From Octopus vulgaris (lineage: Eukaryota): a stretch of DNA of 64,000 nucleotides. This document shows, in pieces, positions 26,250 through 38,555 of this stretch. A program made the translations under genes and the position numbers. Under the pieces are notes generated by a model. That model was given only the letters and a program-made list of their open reading frames with translations. It searched no databases and was not told the origin of the DNA. Location of the stretch: the NCBI GenBank assembly GCA_951406725.2, contig OX597838.1, positions 35,216,001-35,280,000 of the forward strand, given 5' to 3'. The first letter of the stretch is position 1, and the number at the start of each line of letters is the position of its first letter.

Positions 26250-26408
26250 ATGAGCTTCTTACAGTTTTCATTTAACAAATTCACTCACAAAGCTTTAATT
26301 GACACTGGGCATTTGTAGAACACACTTACTCAAGGTGGCTTGCGGTGGGACTGAACCTGATACCATATGGTTGGGAAGCAAGCTTCTCAATCACACAGCC
26401 GTGTCTGC
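25703..26408 (-). mobile_element. Old SINE family G, interrupted
   Basis: RTE-type tail at 25703-25850; body and head at 26110-26408. Confidence 0.7.
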
Positions 26409-26439
26409 ATTTATATATACATCTTTTATCCTTTTTTTT

Positions 26440-26835
26440 AATCTTTTACTTGTTCTGATCATTGTACTGCAGCCATGCTGGAGCACTGCCTTGAGAAATT
26501 TTAGTCAAATTGACACAATTAGTTACTTTTTTTTTTTTCGAAACCTGGGTACTTATTCTTTTGGTCTCTTTTGCCAAACTGCTAAGTTACAGAGACATAA
26601 ACACACCAACACCAGTGGGGGACAAACACAGACAAAAAGACATGCACGTGTGTATACACACACACACATACACGACAGGCTTCTTTCTGTTTCTGTCTGC
26701 CAAATCCACTCATGAGGGTTTGGTCAGCCCAAGGCTATACCAGAAGACACCTGCCCGAGGTGTCATGCAGTGAGAGTGAACCTGGAACCATGTAGTTGCA
26801 AAGCAAACTTCTTACTACACAGCCATGCCTGCACC
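26440..26835 (-). mobile_element. Older A-type SINE
   Basis: Diverged but collinear with family A. Confidence 0.82.
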
Positions 26836-26844
26836 TACAGGCAT

Positions 26845-27242
26845 ACTCTTTTACTCTTTTACTTGTTTCAGTCATTTGACTGCGGCCATGCTGGAGCACC
26901 GCCTTTAGTCGAACAAATCGACCCCGGGACTTATTTTTTGTAAGCCAAGTACTTATTCTATCGGTCTCTTTTGCCTAACCGCTAAGTGACAGGGATGTAA
27001 ACACACCAGCATTGGTTATCAAGCAATGCTAGGGGGACAAACACAGACACACAAACACACACACATATATACATATATATGACATGCTTCTTTCAGTTTA
27101 TGTCTACCAAATCCACTCACAAGGCATTGGTCGGCCCGGGGCTATAGCAGAAGACACTTGCCCAAGATGCCATGCAGTGGGACTGAACCCGGAACCATGT
27201 GGCTGGTTAGCAAGCTACTTACCACACAGCCACTCCTGCGCC
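26845..27242 (-). mobile_element. SINE family A, full length
   Basis: Complete element. Confidence 0.93.
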
Positions 27243-27389
27243 TATGCACATTTACATGCATGCATGTGTTTGTATAATAAGTTTTGACAAAGTCAAATTA
27301 TACCCACCGAGGATTGGTCAATCGAAACCAAGAGTAGTAAATACTTGCCTGACTTTGCCACACAGTGTAACTAAATCCGGAAACACTAT

Positions 27390-27783
27390 TTTTTTAGAAG
27401 CACTCTGTCGGTTACGACAACGAGGGTTCCGGTTGATCCGAATCAACGGAACAGCCTGCTCGTAAAATTAACGTGTAAGTGGCTGAGCACTCTACAGACA
27501 CGTGTACCCTTAACGTAATTCTCGGGGATATTCAGCGTGACACAGAGAGTGACAAGGCTGGCCCTTTGAAATACAGGTACAACAGAAACAGGAAGTAAGA
27601 GTGACAGAAAGTTGTGGTGAAAGAGTACAGCAGGGATCACCACCATCCCCTGCCGGAGCCTCGTGGAGCTTTAGGTGTTTTCGCTCAATAAACACTCACA
27701 ACGCCCGGTCTGGGAATCGAAACCGCGATCCTATGACCGTGAGTCCGCTGCCCTAACCACTGGGCCATTGCGCCTCCACTCCT
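27390..27783 (-). mobile_element. SINE family B, full length
   Basis: TSD GGAAACACTAT at 27379-27389 and 27784-27794. Confidence 0.92.
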
Positions 27784-28123
27784 GGAAACACTATATGGCT
27801 ACAGCGTGAATTTCTTAACCAAACAGGCAGGACAAAAACTTTGTCCAATAAAGAGTAAAATATTTTGTATGTATGGAGTTCAGAAGTCTTTGTAGCTGTG
27901 CTACATATTATTTTTACAGACTTTGTCATGTTTACAGACTTTGTTTTTTTTTTATTCTGACTGAGAAAAAACTGAAGTTATTTTTTCCCAATAAAAGACA
28001 GAAGACAGCCGCTTGTTAGCTTTCCATTGCTTTTTCATACCGAAGGTCTCTCATAAACATTATGTATTTATATATTTTTGGTGCTATGTTTTATAATTCT
28101 ATATTGGTGCCTATGTTAGAAGC

Positions 28124-28166
<43 letters not shown>

Positions 28167-28699
28167 GCTATTATTGTTTCTGACTCCTGAGGACTATTTT
28201 CTTAATTAAACTGCTTTTTATGTAATATCCGTGAAAGAAACAGTTTTCATTTCATTTTGCTTCTATAAATCAATGCAAGCGACATGTTCCTCCCAGTCAA
28301 GATAAACATACTGAAAATAGATATGTAATAGATGTAATAGATACATCATTAGCCATGTAGTTATAGAGGTTTGTCTAGTAACCGTGTTGTTCTGAGTTCA
28401 AACCTATTGCCTACTGGGCAAGTGTGAACTGGAACCCAGGGTTGACCAGTCTCTTGTCAGTGAAATTTGTAAGATAGAAATATTTCAGACGCTCTTCACG
28501 TGTGTACGTGATATCATCATCATCATTATCAGCAGCATTGTTTACTGCATCGACTTTTCCATGCCTGCATGGGTCAGATAAAACTTGCAGCATGTTTTTC
28601 CACAGTTGGATGCTCTTCCTGCCTCCTAACCCCTTACCTGTTTCCAAGCCAAGTAATACTTCTACCAGTTCTTTAAGCGACAAACAGCTCAATAAATGG

Positions 28700-30302
28700 A
28701 TATATACATACACACACATAGACTCATAATACAGCTGTGTGTGTGTGTGTGTGTGTATGTAAAACAACAGCAACTGAAGGTTGAGATATTAGTCATTAGA
28801 ATGTAATGCCGAAGACATTCGTCTCAAATGCAACAGAGATTGATATAAGCAAGGTTAAAAGTAGTCATTTAATACTTTCCCAACTTAACCTGCAGATTCT
28901 AGGAAATGATCTTATAATACAGTGTAAGCCAATCATAAATAAAATGGACCTCTGTATTCAGTTGTTTGATCAATGAGCAACCAACTCATAAAATTAGCAA
29001 TGTGGATGAACAATCTATGATCTGTAACCCCTTGGCATAATTTTCAGGTAGGCTCTCTGGTCAAAAAAAATTTACTTCCTAACCAGACAGTTTCAAGTTC
29101 GGTCCCACTACATGGGGCCTTGAACAATATTCATTCAAGAAGTGTCATTCATACAAGCGGTGTCATTTACAGACAAACGATCCCCTTTGTAAGAAAGCTG
29201 ACCTTGTTCAGTGTCAATATACAAACTATCAAGACAGGAGGAAGTCATACACACAAGTTCACTCATACACCAACACACACAAGCATACACTAACACACAA
29301 ACACACTTGCATATACAACAGGCTTCTTATACTATCCCTCTATCAAAATAATTCACAAAGTGCTGGTTGACCCAGGGCTTTAGTAGGTGCTATGCAGTGG
29401 GACTGAATCTAGACCACATGGTTGAGAAGCTTGCTTCTGTAACTCACACGCATGTTTAACCCTTTCGTTACTGTATTTATTTTTAGATGCTCTGTGTTTC
29501 TTTCAATTACTTTAAATATAACAAAGAATTTAGTAAAATAACTTGGTTATCATTAAGCTAGTGTTAGGTACATAAATTGTGACTAAGGTTTGGTGGAAGA
29601 TTTTAATTCAAAATTTATGAAAACAAGACATTTGTCCTCGGAGCCAGAGCCTGTTTCAGCCGGGTTAGTAACGAAAGGGTTAAGGATGTGATTTGTGGGA
29701 AATTTGGATGGTGCTTTTAGTAGTGCATTTAGCCACATGATACCATTTTAGGATCATGGCTTTTATTTATTTTACATATAAAGGGGCTAGTGGGATAAAT
29801 TTGAATAGCTAATGTTTTTCAAACTTTAGAAACATGACACGCATTATATTTAGGATGAACTGAAAAAGTTGATTGCTCAAGGCCCCGTGTAGTGGGACCG
29901 AACTTGAAACTGTCTGGTTAGGAAGTAAATTTTTTTGACAAGAGAGCCTACCTGAAAATTATGCCAAGGGGTTACAGATCATAGACTGTTCATCCACATT
30001 GCTAATTTTATGAGTTGGTTGCTCATTGATCAAACAACTGAATACAGAGGTTCCATTTTATTTATGATTGGCTTACACTGTATTATAAGATCATTTCCTA
30101 GAATCTGCAGGTTAAGTTGGGAAAGTATTAAATGACTACTTTTAACCTTGCTTATATCAATCTCTGTTGCATTTGAGACAAATGTCTTCAGCATTACATT
30201 CTAATGACTAATATTTCAACCTTCCGTTCCTGTTGTTTTACATGCATACACACACACACACACACAGCTGTATTATGAGTCTGTGTGTGTGTATGTATAT
30301 AT
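28700..30302. repeat. Long inverted repeat: arms 28700-29128 and 29872-30302, 743-bp spacer
   Basis: Arms are reverse complements with about a dozen differences by eye (~97%). Confidence 0.97.
29456..29683 (+). mobile_element. TTAA MITE family 2
   Basis: TTAA-CCCTTTCGTTACT...AGTAACGAAAGGG-TTAA; second copy at 37276. Confidence 0.93.
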
Positions 30303-30372
30303 GCATACATACATGTTTGAGTGTGTGTATATATACACACACACTCACACGTTTATATATACATACATAAAA

Positions 30373-30417
<45 letters not shown>

Positions 30418-30483
30418 TATGTATATATACACACATACACATGTGTGTGTTGTGTGTATGTATATATATACACACATACATAC

Positions 30484-30523
<40 letters not shown>

Positions 30524-30664
30524 GTGTATATATATATATATACACATATATATATATATATACATACACGTGTGTATATATATGTGTATTTGTATGTATA
30601 CATACATATGTATATTTATACATAGTTGTGTGTGTATATATATGCATCTATATATATATATATA
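30283..30664. repeat. Compound (TA)/(TG)/(CA) microsatellite
   Basis: Directly visible. Confidence 0.95.
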
Positions 30665-32083
30665 ATTAATTTAGTTATGTTTATATTCCTGTCATAATTT
30701 GCTTTGCTTAGATAGCAAAAATGTCTTCATTCAATTGTATTAATGTTGTTCAATTGTATCGTTATCAATTTTACTGTCTGTCTTATTGCATACATCACTC
30801 AAACCTTTCAAGAGAGGTGAGGGAATATTTCCAGTTTACTACCGATCTCGTAAAAAAAAAACAAAAAAAAAGACTAAAAAAAAAACAAAGGAAAAGACAA
30901 AAAGAAATGAGTAAAATAAACAACAGAAAAAAAATTGAATTATCCTGCTTTTAGTTTCCACAATTTCTGGTTTTTTTTTATCCGTTTTTTTTTTTTTGTC
31001 TCTCAAACAAAGAATAAAAGATAAACTCAATAACATTCAGAAATATCTTAGTATTATGTCACTGTTCCAATATTGATTTAAGAGCCAAAATGTTCTTGCT
31101 GCTTTGGTGTTCCGTTTCCATCTGTGGAATCTCTTCCTTTGACCAAACATCAGAATGAAATGAACTATCTTTTGCCGAGTTTCCAAGTGTTGTGTTTTAT
31201 TGACGAAGCTTACACCATAACACTGATATATCTACTGGGACAGTTTTTATATTAACTTTATCCTTTGTCATCAGTTGTTCTAGCTTCTCCATGTTCCCCC
31301 ATTTTCTCCTCGATTCTTTCTCTCTCTCTTAATCTCTCCTCCTCTTCCTCCCCTCTCACCCCCTCCTCTCTTTAATAAAGTCATTCATATGCTATCACCT
31401 TTTGCAAGGCCATGTAGGGCCCTGAAACAATATTTTTGAAGACTTTCAATGAGCTTTTTCTTTATTTTTCTTTTCTTTCTTTTACAAGAGAAGTGTCTTA
31501 ATGGTTAGGTTGTTACACTTCCCTCTCTCTCTCTCTTTCGGAGAGGCACTGAGCAGCTATACGCACACATACACACACGGCAGTAACTTTCACCTACCGA
31601 ATTCAATCACAAAGCTTCGGTCGGCTCGGAGCTATAGCGGAAGACACATAACCAAAGTGCCACACAGTGGGACTGAACCCAAAACCATGTAGTTGGGAAG
31701 CAAGCTCCCTAACTACACAGCCATACGATTGCAAAATCACGGTTTCAATTCTTGTATTCTTGAGCAAATCATTATGTTCTTGAGTGAATCACTTCATTTC
31801 ACATTCAACTGTAAATATGTAACCCTGTAATAGACTGGCATCTGGTTCATAAGGAATGTTGTGATCATGGATACTTAAATGTCATGGAAACTGGTAACTG
31901 GCCCCACGAATCCTAGGACTTGAGACAATAACATCCAGGGGTTGATGATGTTGAGGTGAATGCTTACATTGACACAACCTACAAATGTCCAAATGAAATG
32001 AGAATAGTTGAGGCAAGACAAGATGAACTGATACTATTTAGCCCCGAGTCAACTCTGAGTAAATGTCTTATTATAGCTTTGTG

Positions 32084-32325
32084 TGGCACGTAAAAAGCAC
32101 CATCCGACCGTGGCTGTTTGCCAGCCTTGTCTGGCACCTGTGCAGGTGGCACATAAAAAGCACCCACTACACTCATGGAGTGGTTGGCATTAGGAAGGGC
32201 ATCCAGCCGTAGAAACATTGCCAGATCAGATTGGAGCCCGGTGCAGCCTTCTGGCTTCCCAGACCCCAGTTGCACCGTCCAACCCATGCCAGCATGGAAA
32301 GCAGACGCTAAATGATGATGATGAT
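32084..32325 (+). mobile_element. RTE family E 3' copy
   Basis: Begins at GTGGCACG; ends (GAT)n. Confidence 0.9.
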
Positions 32326-32739
32326 GTATGTGTTTGTCTTTTTGAGTGTGGAGGTAACTACACACTGTGTGAGTGCATGCATATTTCTCTATGACTGTGT
32401 GAACACGTTTGTGCGTGTGCGTATGTTTGATTACATGTATACATGTGTGTGTACAAAGGTGACTACTGTGTGTGCGTATGTGTGCACGAAAGAGGCTGGT
32501 GTCAGAAGTGTGATGCTACAGCCATGACAATAGTAGTCTTCCTTTTATTTTTATGCATATGTGGGCTATCATTTATGGTTATATCATCAAATGTAGCTTT
32601 CTATATTTTTTTTAACCTTGTAATAGCTAAATTATCAAGATGCAGGGCCAAACATATTTATCGGCTTTTTTCAGTATATTTGATGGGGAGGAGTGTAGCT
32701 GATGTAAAAATTTTCTTATGTATACCAAAAAGGATCAAA

Positions 32740-32954
32740 GGTCCTTTTCGGTTTCCCTGATTCTGTGGCATATATATATTCCCCCTCTGGACTGAACACT
32801 GATCTGTCGCAGGATTACTCATTTAGTTAGCTGTGTGTATGGCAGCAGCATGAAATGAAAGAATTTTGCTCAAGAGCACAATACATCACCCGGTCCAGGA
32901 ATCAAAATCACAATCTGATGATCATGAGTGCTACATCCTACCTACTAAGTGTGT

Positions 32955-32958
<4 letters not shown>
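32740..32958 (-). mobile_element. Old CORE-type tRNA SINE (related heads at ~31735-31925 + and ~44428-44690 +)
   Basis: TTGTG(C/T)TCTTGAGCAAAA CORE-like segment after a decayed tRNA head. Confidence 0.65.
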
Positions 32959-32994
<36 letters not shown>

Positions 32995-33382
32995 CGATAA
33001 TAGCAGTCATATCTCTGGCAAATCATATCTGATCCCACTTAATCATCTGTTCCTTCATCTTTCCCTTTCAGTATGTTATCTATTGATTTAAAGCTTTATT
33101 AGAACTCATACCTGGGGCCCTCCCATACCCGCTGCATGCATAACTGCACATTTATGTGGTCACATGTAAACAGACACACACGCACACACACACACAGCTA
33201 CACAGCACACACTGTTGTATGTGCATGCATGAATCTGAAACACTGTAACTATTCTGAGTAGATTATAGTTACATACATACACGTATTTGCAAACACATGC
33301 AACTGCACACAAATTTATTCACATCTGTATTCACATGTACAGCCAGCTGTGTGTATATATATATATGTATATATATATATTA

Positions 33383-33578
33383 TCATCATCATCATCATCA
33401 TCATCATTTAGTGTCTGCTTTCCATGCTAGCATGGGTTGGACGGGTCAACTGGGGTCTGTGAAGCTGGAAAGCTTCGTCAGGCCCAGTCAGATCTGGCAG
33501 TGTTTCTACGGCTGGATGCCCTTCCTAACGCCAACCACTCCGTGAGTGTAGTAGGTGTTTTTTACGTGCCACCTGCAC
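33383..33578 (-). mobile_element. RTE family E 3' copy
   Basis: Stops at ACGTGCCACCTGCAC. Confidence 0.88.
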
Positions 33579-33657
33579 AGTCATATATATATATATATAT
33601 ATTGGATCGTTAGCCCCTACACGCAATTTTTTTCTCTCCTTGTTTCTTTTCTGTGTA

Positions 33658-33694
33658 CTTTTCTGTCGAAGAGCGTAGGCTCGAAATGTAAAAG
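33658..33694 (+). ncRNA. Degenerate minimal hammerhead motif in a Penelope-type fragment (~33602-33792)
   Basis: CTTTT-CTGTCGAA-GAGC(GTAG)GCTC-GAAA-TGTA-AAAG; core A6 replaced by T; element sits in (TA)n. Confidence 0.55.
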
Positions 33695-33985
33695 ACTTGT
33701 TTTATTTCTATTCCTGAGCGCCATACCAATACATTGTTTGTTTGTACTCCACCTGCCTTTGTCTTTTGTTTATTTTCGTAAACCTTCCGTTATATATATA
33801 TATATATATAGGTGTGGCTGTGTGGTAAGAAGCTTGCTTCCCAACCACATGGTTCTAGATTTAGTCCCACTGCATGGCACCTTGGGCAAGTGTCTTCTGT
33901 AGCCTCAGAGTGACCAAAACCTAGTGAGTGGATTTGGTAGGGGGAAACTAAAGGAAGCTCATTCTACATTTTTATCTATATATAT

Positions 33986-34213
33986 AAATACAGTGTACAT
34001 ATAAACACATAAGAGGTATCCATCATAGGATTCCTTGCACACTAGAAGGAACAGCTAAAGTACAAACCACTGTTAGGTGTATATGTATACATGTGTGCAC
34101 ATGTGTGTGTGTGTGCATATGCCTTATATTGGTTTGGACTTTAGCTGTTCCTTCTAGCATGCAAGGAATCCTATGATGGATACCTCTTATGTGCTTAAAT
34201 GTACACTGTATTT
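33986..34213. repeat. Hairpin with 84-bp arms (33986-34069 and 34130-34213) and 60-bp loop
   Basis: Five mismatches by eye; loop matches the reverse complement of 34853-34897. Confidence 0.95.
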
Positions 34214-34345
34214 CTATGAATAATATATAGTCTATTGACTAATTTTTCTACACGCTAGGCCACAGGTAGTAAAAATTTCTAAAATCTTTATTACCCTGAT
34301 ATTATTAATTATCTGAACCACCTATTGATCCCCTCCATTTTCTTA

Positions 34346-34485
34346 TTTCTCTCTCTCTCTCTCTCTCTCTCTGTATATATATACATATACATACACATAT
34401 ATATATATATATATATGTATGTATATATATGTGTATGTATGTATATATGTATATATGTATGTATGTATGTATGTATATATGTATG

Positions 34486-34517
<32 letters not shown>

Positions 34518-34663
34518 TGTATATGTATATATATATGTATGTATGTATATGCATGTATGTATGTATATATGTATATATATATGTATGTATGTATATGCAT
34601 GTATGTATGTATATGTATGTATGTATATATATATGTATGTATGTATATATATATGTATGTATG

Positions 34664-34697
<34 letters not shown>

Positions 34698-34752
34698 TAT
34701 ATGTATGTATGTATGTATATGTATATATATATATATATATGTATGTATATAT
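34346..34752. repeat. (CT)n plus (TATG)n/(TA)n microsatellite
   Basis: Directly visible. Confidence 0.95.
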
Positions 34753-35288
34753 ATTTACACATACATATACTTGCACTCATGCTCACATATATACCCCTGA
34801 CACACATATATCCAACTAATCTGATCAACCCATAACTACATGCACACATGCAGGCATATGCGCACATACACATGTGCACACATGTATACATATACACTGA
34901 CTAAAACATACAGAGAGATACGACCATACACAAATAAACGGACAGTTGACAGTGATTGACTGCTTTAAGTGTCTGTGATGTTACTGTCACCTGTAGTGTC
35001 ACACTTCTGACACCTGTCTCTTTCACTGCATGCATGCAGTATTTACCTTGGTACTGAAAAAGTCACACACATGTATACACATAGTCAAACATATGCACAT
35101 GTGCAAACATGTGTTCCCACAGTCATACAGAAATGTGCATGCACTCGCAAGCTGTGTAGTCACCTTCGTACTGATAAAAGACAGACACGCATGTGTACTT
35201 ATAATCACACATACGCACGTGCACAGACATGTGTTCTGTGCTCACACATTCTCACACAAACAAGCATGCATGCAAAAGCATCATACTT

Positions 35289-35367
<79 letters not shown>

Positions 35368-35563
35368 AATAAATGGAGTTTAACACAGGTATAATTCAAA
35401 TACTTATATATTATACAAAGAATTCCATGTAAACCCGAAGTTTCTACCTTTAAAAACAAGGAGTTACAACCTCTTTACTTGTGTGATTATTTTGCTACCC
35501 TGGTAACTATCTATTTTTTCCATGTTAATTGTTGACAAGGAAAAAATGCACTATATATATATA

Positions 35564-35726
35564 GGCACAGGAGTGGCTGTGTGGTAAGTAGCTTGTCTAC
35601 CAACCATATGGTTCTGGGTTCAGTCCCACTGTGTGGCAACTTGGGCAAGTGTCTTCTACTATAGCCACAGGCCAACCAAAGCCTTGTGAGTGGATTTGGT
35701 AGACGGAAACTGAAAGAAGCCTGTCG

Positions 35727-35762
<36 letters not shown>

Positions 35763-35970
35763 CGTGTGTGTGTGTCTGTATTTGTCCCCTAGCATTGCTT
35801 GACAACCGATGCTGGTGTGTTTATGTCCCCGTTACTTAGCGGTTCGGCAAAAGAGACCGAAAGAATAAGTACTGGGCTTACAAAAAGAATAAGTCCTGGG
35901 GTCGAGTTGCTCGATTAAAGGTGGTGCTCCAGCATGGCCGCAGTCAAATGACTGAAACAAGTAAAAGAGT
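35564..35970 (+). mobile_element. SINE family A, full length
   Basis: Complete element in (TA)n. Confidence 0.93.
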
Positions 35971-36284
35971 ATATATATATACACACACAAACAAATGCAC
36001 ACAGACATATACACGCAAACACAAAATCCCTCATCAGATACATACATGTATATAAGCACACATATTTGGACATATGCATAGAGACATGCACATGTGTATG
36101 CAGATGCATGCACATGCATTAGTGAAGTGTGCAGTAATGTCATGGTTCTCAAGTTTGTTGATTAGCAATTATATAATTACAAAGGCTACAAGGATAAATG
36201 CGTGGTTATAATGACCGCAGACATAACTGTGTGGTCATAACAGCTACAGCATTGCTGTGTGGTTACAATAAATACATAGTGCTG

Positions 36285-36407
36285 GTGTGGCTGTAAGAAG
36301 CTTGCTTCTGAACTGCATGATTTTAGGTTCAATCCTGCTGTGTGGCATCTTGGGTAAGTGTTTTCTACTATGGCCTCGGGCCGATCAAAACCTTGTGATT
36401 GGATTTG

Positions 36408-36447
<40 letters not shown>

Positions 36448-36860
36448 GGTATGTGCATGTGTGTGCATATGTATATATGAGTATATATACATGTGTGTGT
36501 ATGTATATGTGGGTGTGTTTATATATATGTGTGTGTCTATATATAAAGATATATGGCAGATGTGGTGTTTATGTATATACACACTGTATACATAAATAAC
36601 AGAAGCATGTATATGTGTGTGTGTGTGTGTGTGTGTCTATCTGTCAGTCTTTGTGTATGTGTCCCCCACCACTGCTTGACAACCGGGGTTGGTTTGTTTA
36701 CATCCCCATAACTTAACAGTTCAGTAAAAGTGACCAATATAAAAAGCACCAGGCTTAGAAAGTAAGTACAGGAGTCAATTTGTTCAAGTAAATCCTTCAA
36801 GGTGGTGCCCCAGCATGGGCACAGTTGTATGACTAAAAGAAGTAACAGGTAACAGATAAT
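36285..36860 (+). mobile_element. Older A-type SINE with expanded internal microsatellite
   Basis: Head at 36285-36408; tail at 36640-36860. Confidence 0.78.
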
Positions 36861-37275
36861 AAAAATTGTTCAAAGGAAGTATTTAAATAACTATTGTACA
36901 TATGTTTCCATAATAGATATTGATACAATAAATATCTATCATTTCATCGGCAACTGAAGTCTAAACAAATGTTTAAAATGAAATAAAATATAATGTTTAT
37001 TATTACACATTGACAACTACAAACCATTTAGTTTATTGTGTGTGTCTGTGTGTGAATTTGTGTGCATATGATCGTTATTGGTATTAAAAATGTCAACAGT
37101 GAGTTGAAAATTAGTAGAAAGTGCTTCCATGGTTTGTGTGCTATCACTGGCTTTAGAGGTGGTTGGATGACTCGTTTGAACTGTAGTTGTTGACAAATGC
37201 TTCTTAAGGTTTTTTCCCCACGAATCTAATTGTGTTACTGTTATTGGTTTATGAAAATTGTTTTGTGCAAGCTGT

Positions 37276-37503
37276 TTAACCCTTTTGTTACCATATTTCT
37301 GTTGAGATGCTCTGTGTTTCTTTCAATTACTTTAAATATAACAAAGAATTTAGTAAAATAACTGAGTTATCATTCAGCTAGTGTTAGGAACATAAATTGT
37401 GACTAAGGTTTGGTGGAAGATATTAATTGAAAACTTATGAAAACAAGACATTTGTACTCAGAGCCAGAGCCGGTTTCAGGCGGGCTGGTAACGAAAGGGT
37501 TAA
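37276..37503 (+). mobile_element. TTAA MITE family 2
   Basis: TTAA TSD and CCCTTT(T/C)GTTAC TIRs. Confidence 0.93.
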
Positions 37504-37855
37504 ATGAGAAATTTTAAGTAAATATTTCCGTATTTGTTTCATTTCTTAAAAAAGGAACTTTTTTCGTTTGTCACAAAAACTCATGCCTTTAATTTAACCG
37601 AAGATAATTTGCATTCTTTGAGAGTAATGTTAGAATATAGAGCATAGTTGTTCAGTGTCATGAAAAAGATATAGAGCCTGCTATCATCATCATCATAATG
37701 CTCACTTTTCCATACTTGCATGAGTCACATGGAATTTGTTGATGCAGGCTTCCTATAACCAGATGGCTTACCTGTAGCCTACCCTCACCTGTTTCCATGT
37801 AAAGTAATATTTCCATATGACCTGACATGTTTCCACAAAACTACTGTCAAGTAAT

Positions 37856-38182
37856 GGATGGAATGGAAACACTCCGTCGGTTACGACGACGAGGGTTCCG
37901 GTTGATCCTACCAACGGAACAGCCTGCTTGTGAAATTAACGTGTAAGTGGCTGAGCACTCCACAGACACGTGTACCCTTAACATAGTTCTTGGGGATATT
38001 CAGCGTGACACAGAGAGTGACAAGGCGGCCCTTTAAAATACAGGTACAACAGAAACAGGAAGTAAGAGTGAGAGAAAGTTGTGGTGAAAGAGTACAGCAG
38101 GGATCACCACCATCCCCTGCCGGAGCCTCGTGGAGCTTTAGGTGTTTTCACTCAATAAACACTCAAAACGCCCGGTCTGGGA
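37856..38182 (-). mobile_element. SINE family B, 5'-truncated, inserted in an old G SINE (~37685-38340)
   Basis: TSD TGTCAAGTAAT at 37845-37855 and 38183-38193. Confidence 0.9.
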
Positions 38183-38555
38183 TGTCAAGTAATACGCACA
38201 CACACACACACACTCGAGCACTATGGACCACTTTCAGTTTCTGTCAACTAAATCCACTTATAAGGTTTTGGTGCCACACAGTGGGATTGAACTTGAAACC
38301 ATATGGTTTGAAAGTAATCTTCTTACTACACAACCATGCTTGTTACTATGATGTTAATATTCTATGTTATTATAAAGGATAAACTCTATAGAGAGGGGAT
38401 ATTTTGTTTTCTCAGTTGTCAAATAGAGTGTGTGACAAAGAACTCGTACTAATCATATTTCTATGGATTGCTGAAATAAATTTATATGTCAAAAAGATCT
38501 TTTTATATTATTTAATACTAAAACAAAAGCCATAGTAGGGGATCTGTTTCCTATT

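Larger units (their letters stand above)
31395..33234 (-). other. Candidate spliced exons 33112-33234, 31968-31978 and a terminal exon starting at 31421
   Basis: Splice signals only: TTTCAG..GTATGA, TTGTAG..GTAAGC, TTTCAG; no homology recognised. Confidence 0.2.
32326..35195. repeat. Diverged inverted pair, ~32326-32528 and ~34985-35195
   Basis: Shared GGTGTCAGAAGTGTGA..CTACAG and GAGTGCATGCA.ATTTCT.TATGACTGTG in opposite orientation. Confidence 0.75.

Noticed and set aside
28700-30302. Reading the long inverted repeat as an autonomous TIR transposon
   Set aside because: No transposase in the spacer, no TSD, and the arms end in a microsatellite and a broken SINE head
31048-31200. Protein-like minus-strand frame ...DVWSKEEIPQMETEHQSSKNILALKSILEQ*
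   Set aside because: Short, bounded upstream by a stop, with no convincing acceptor or homology
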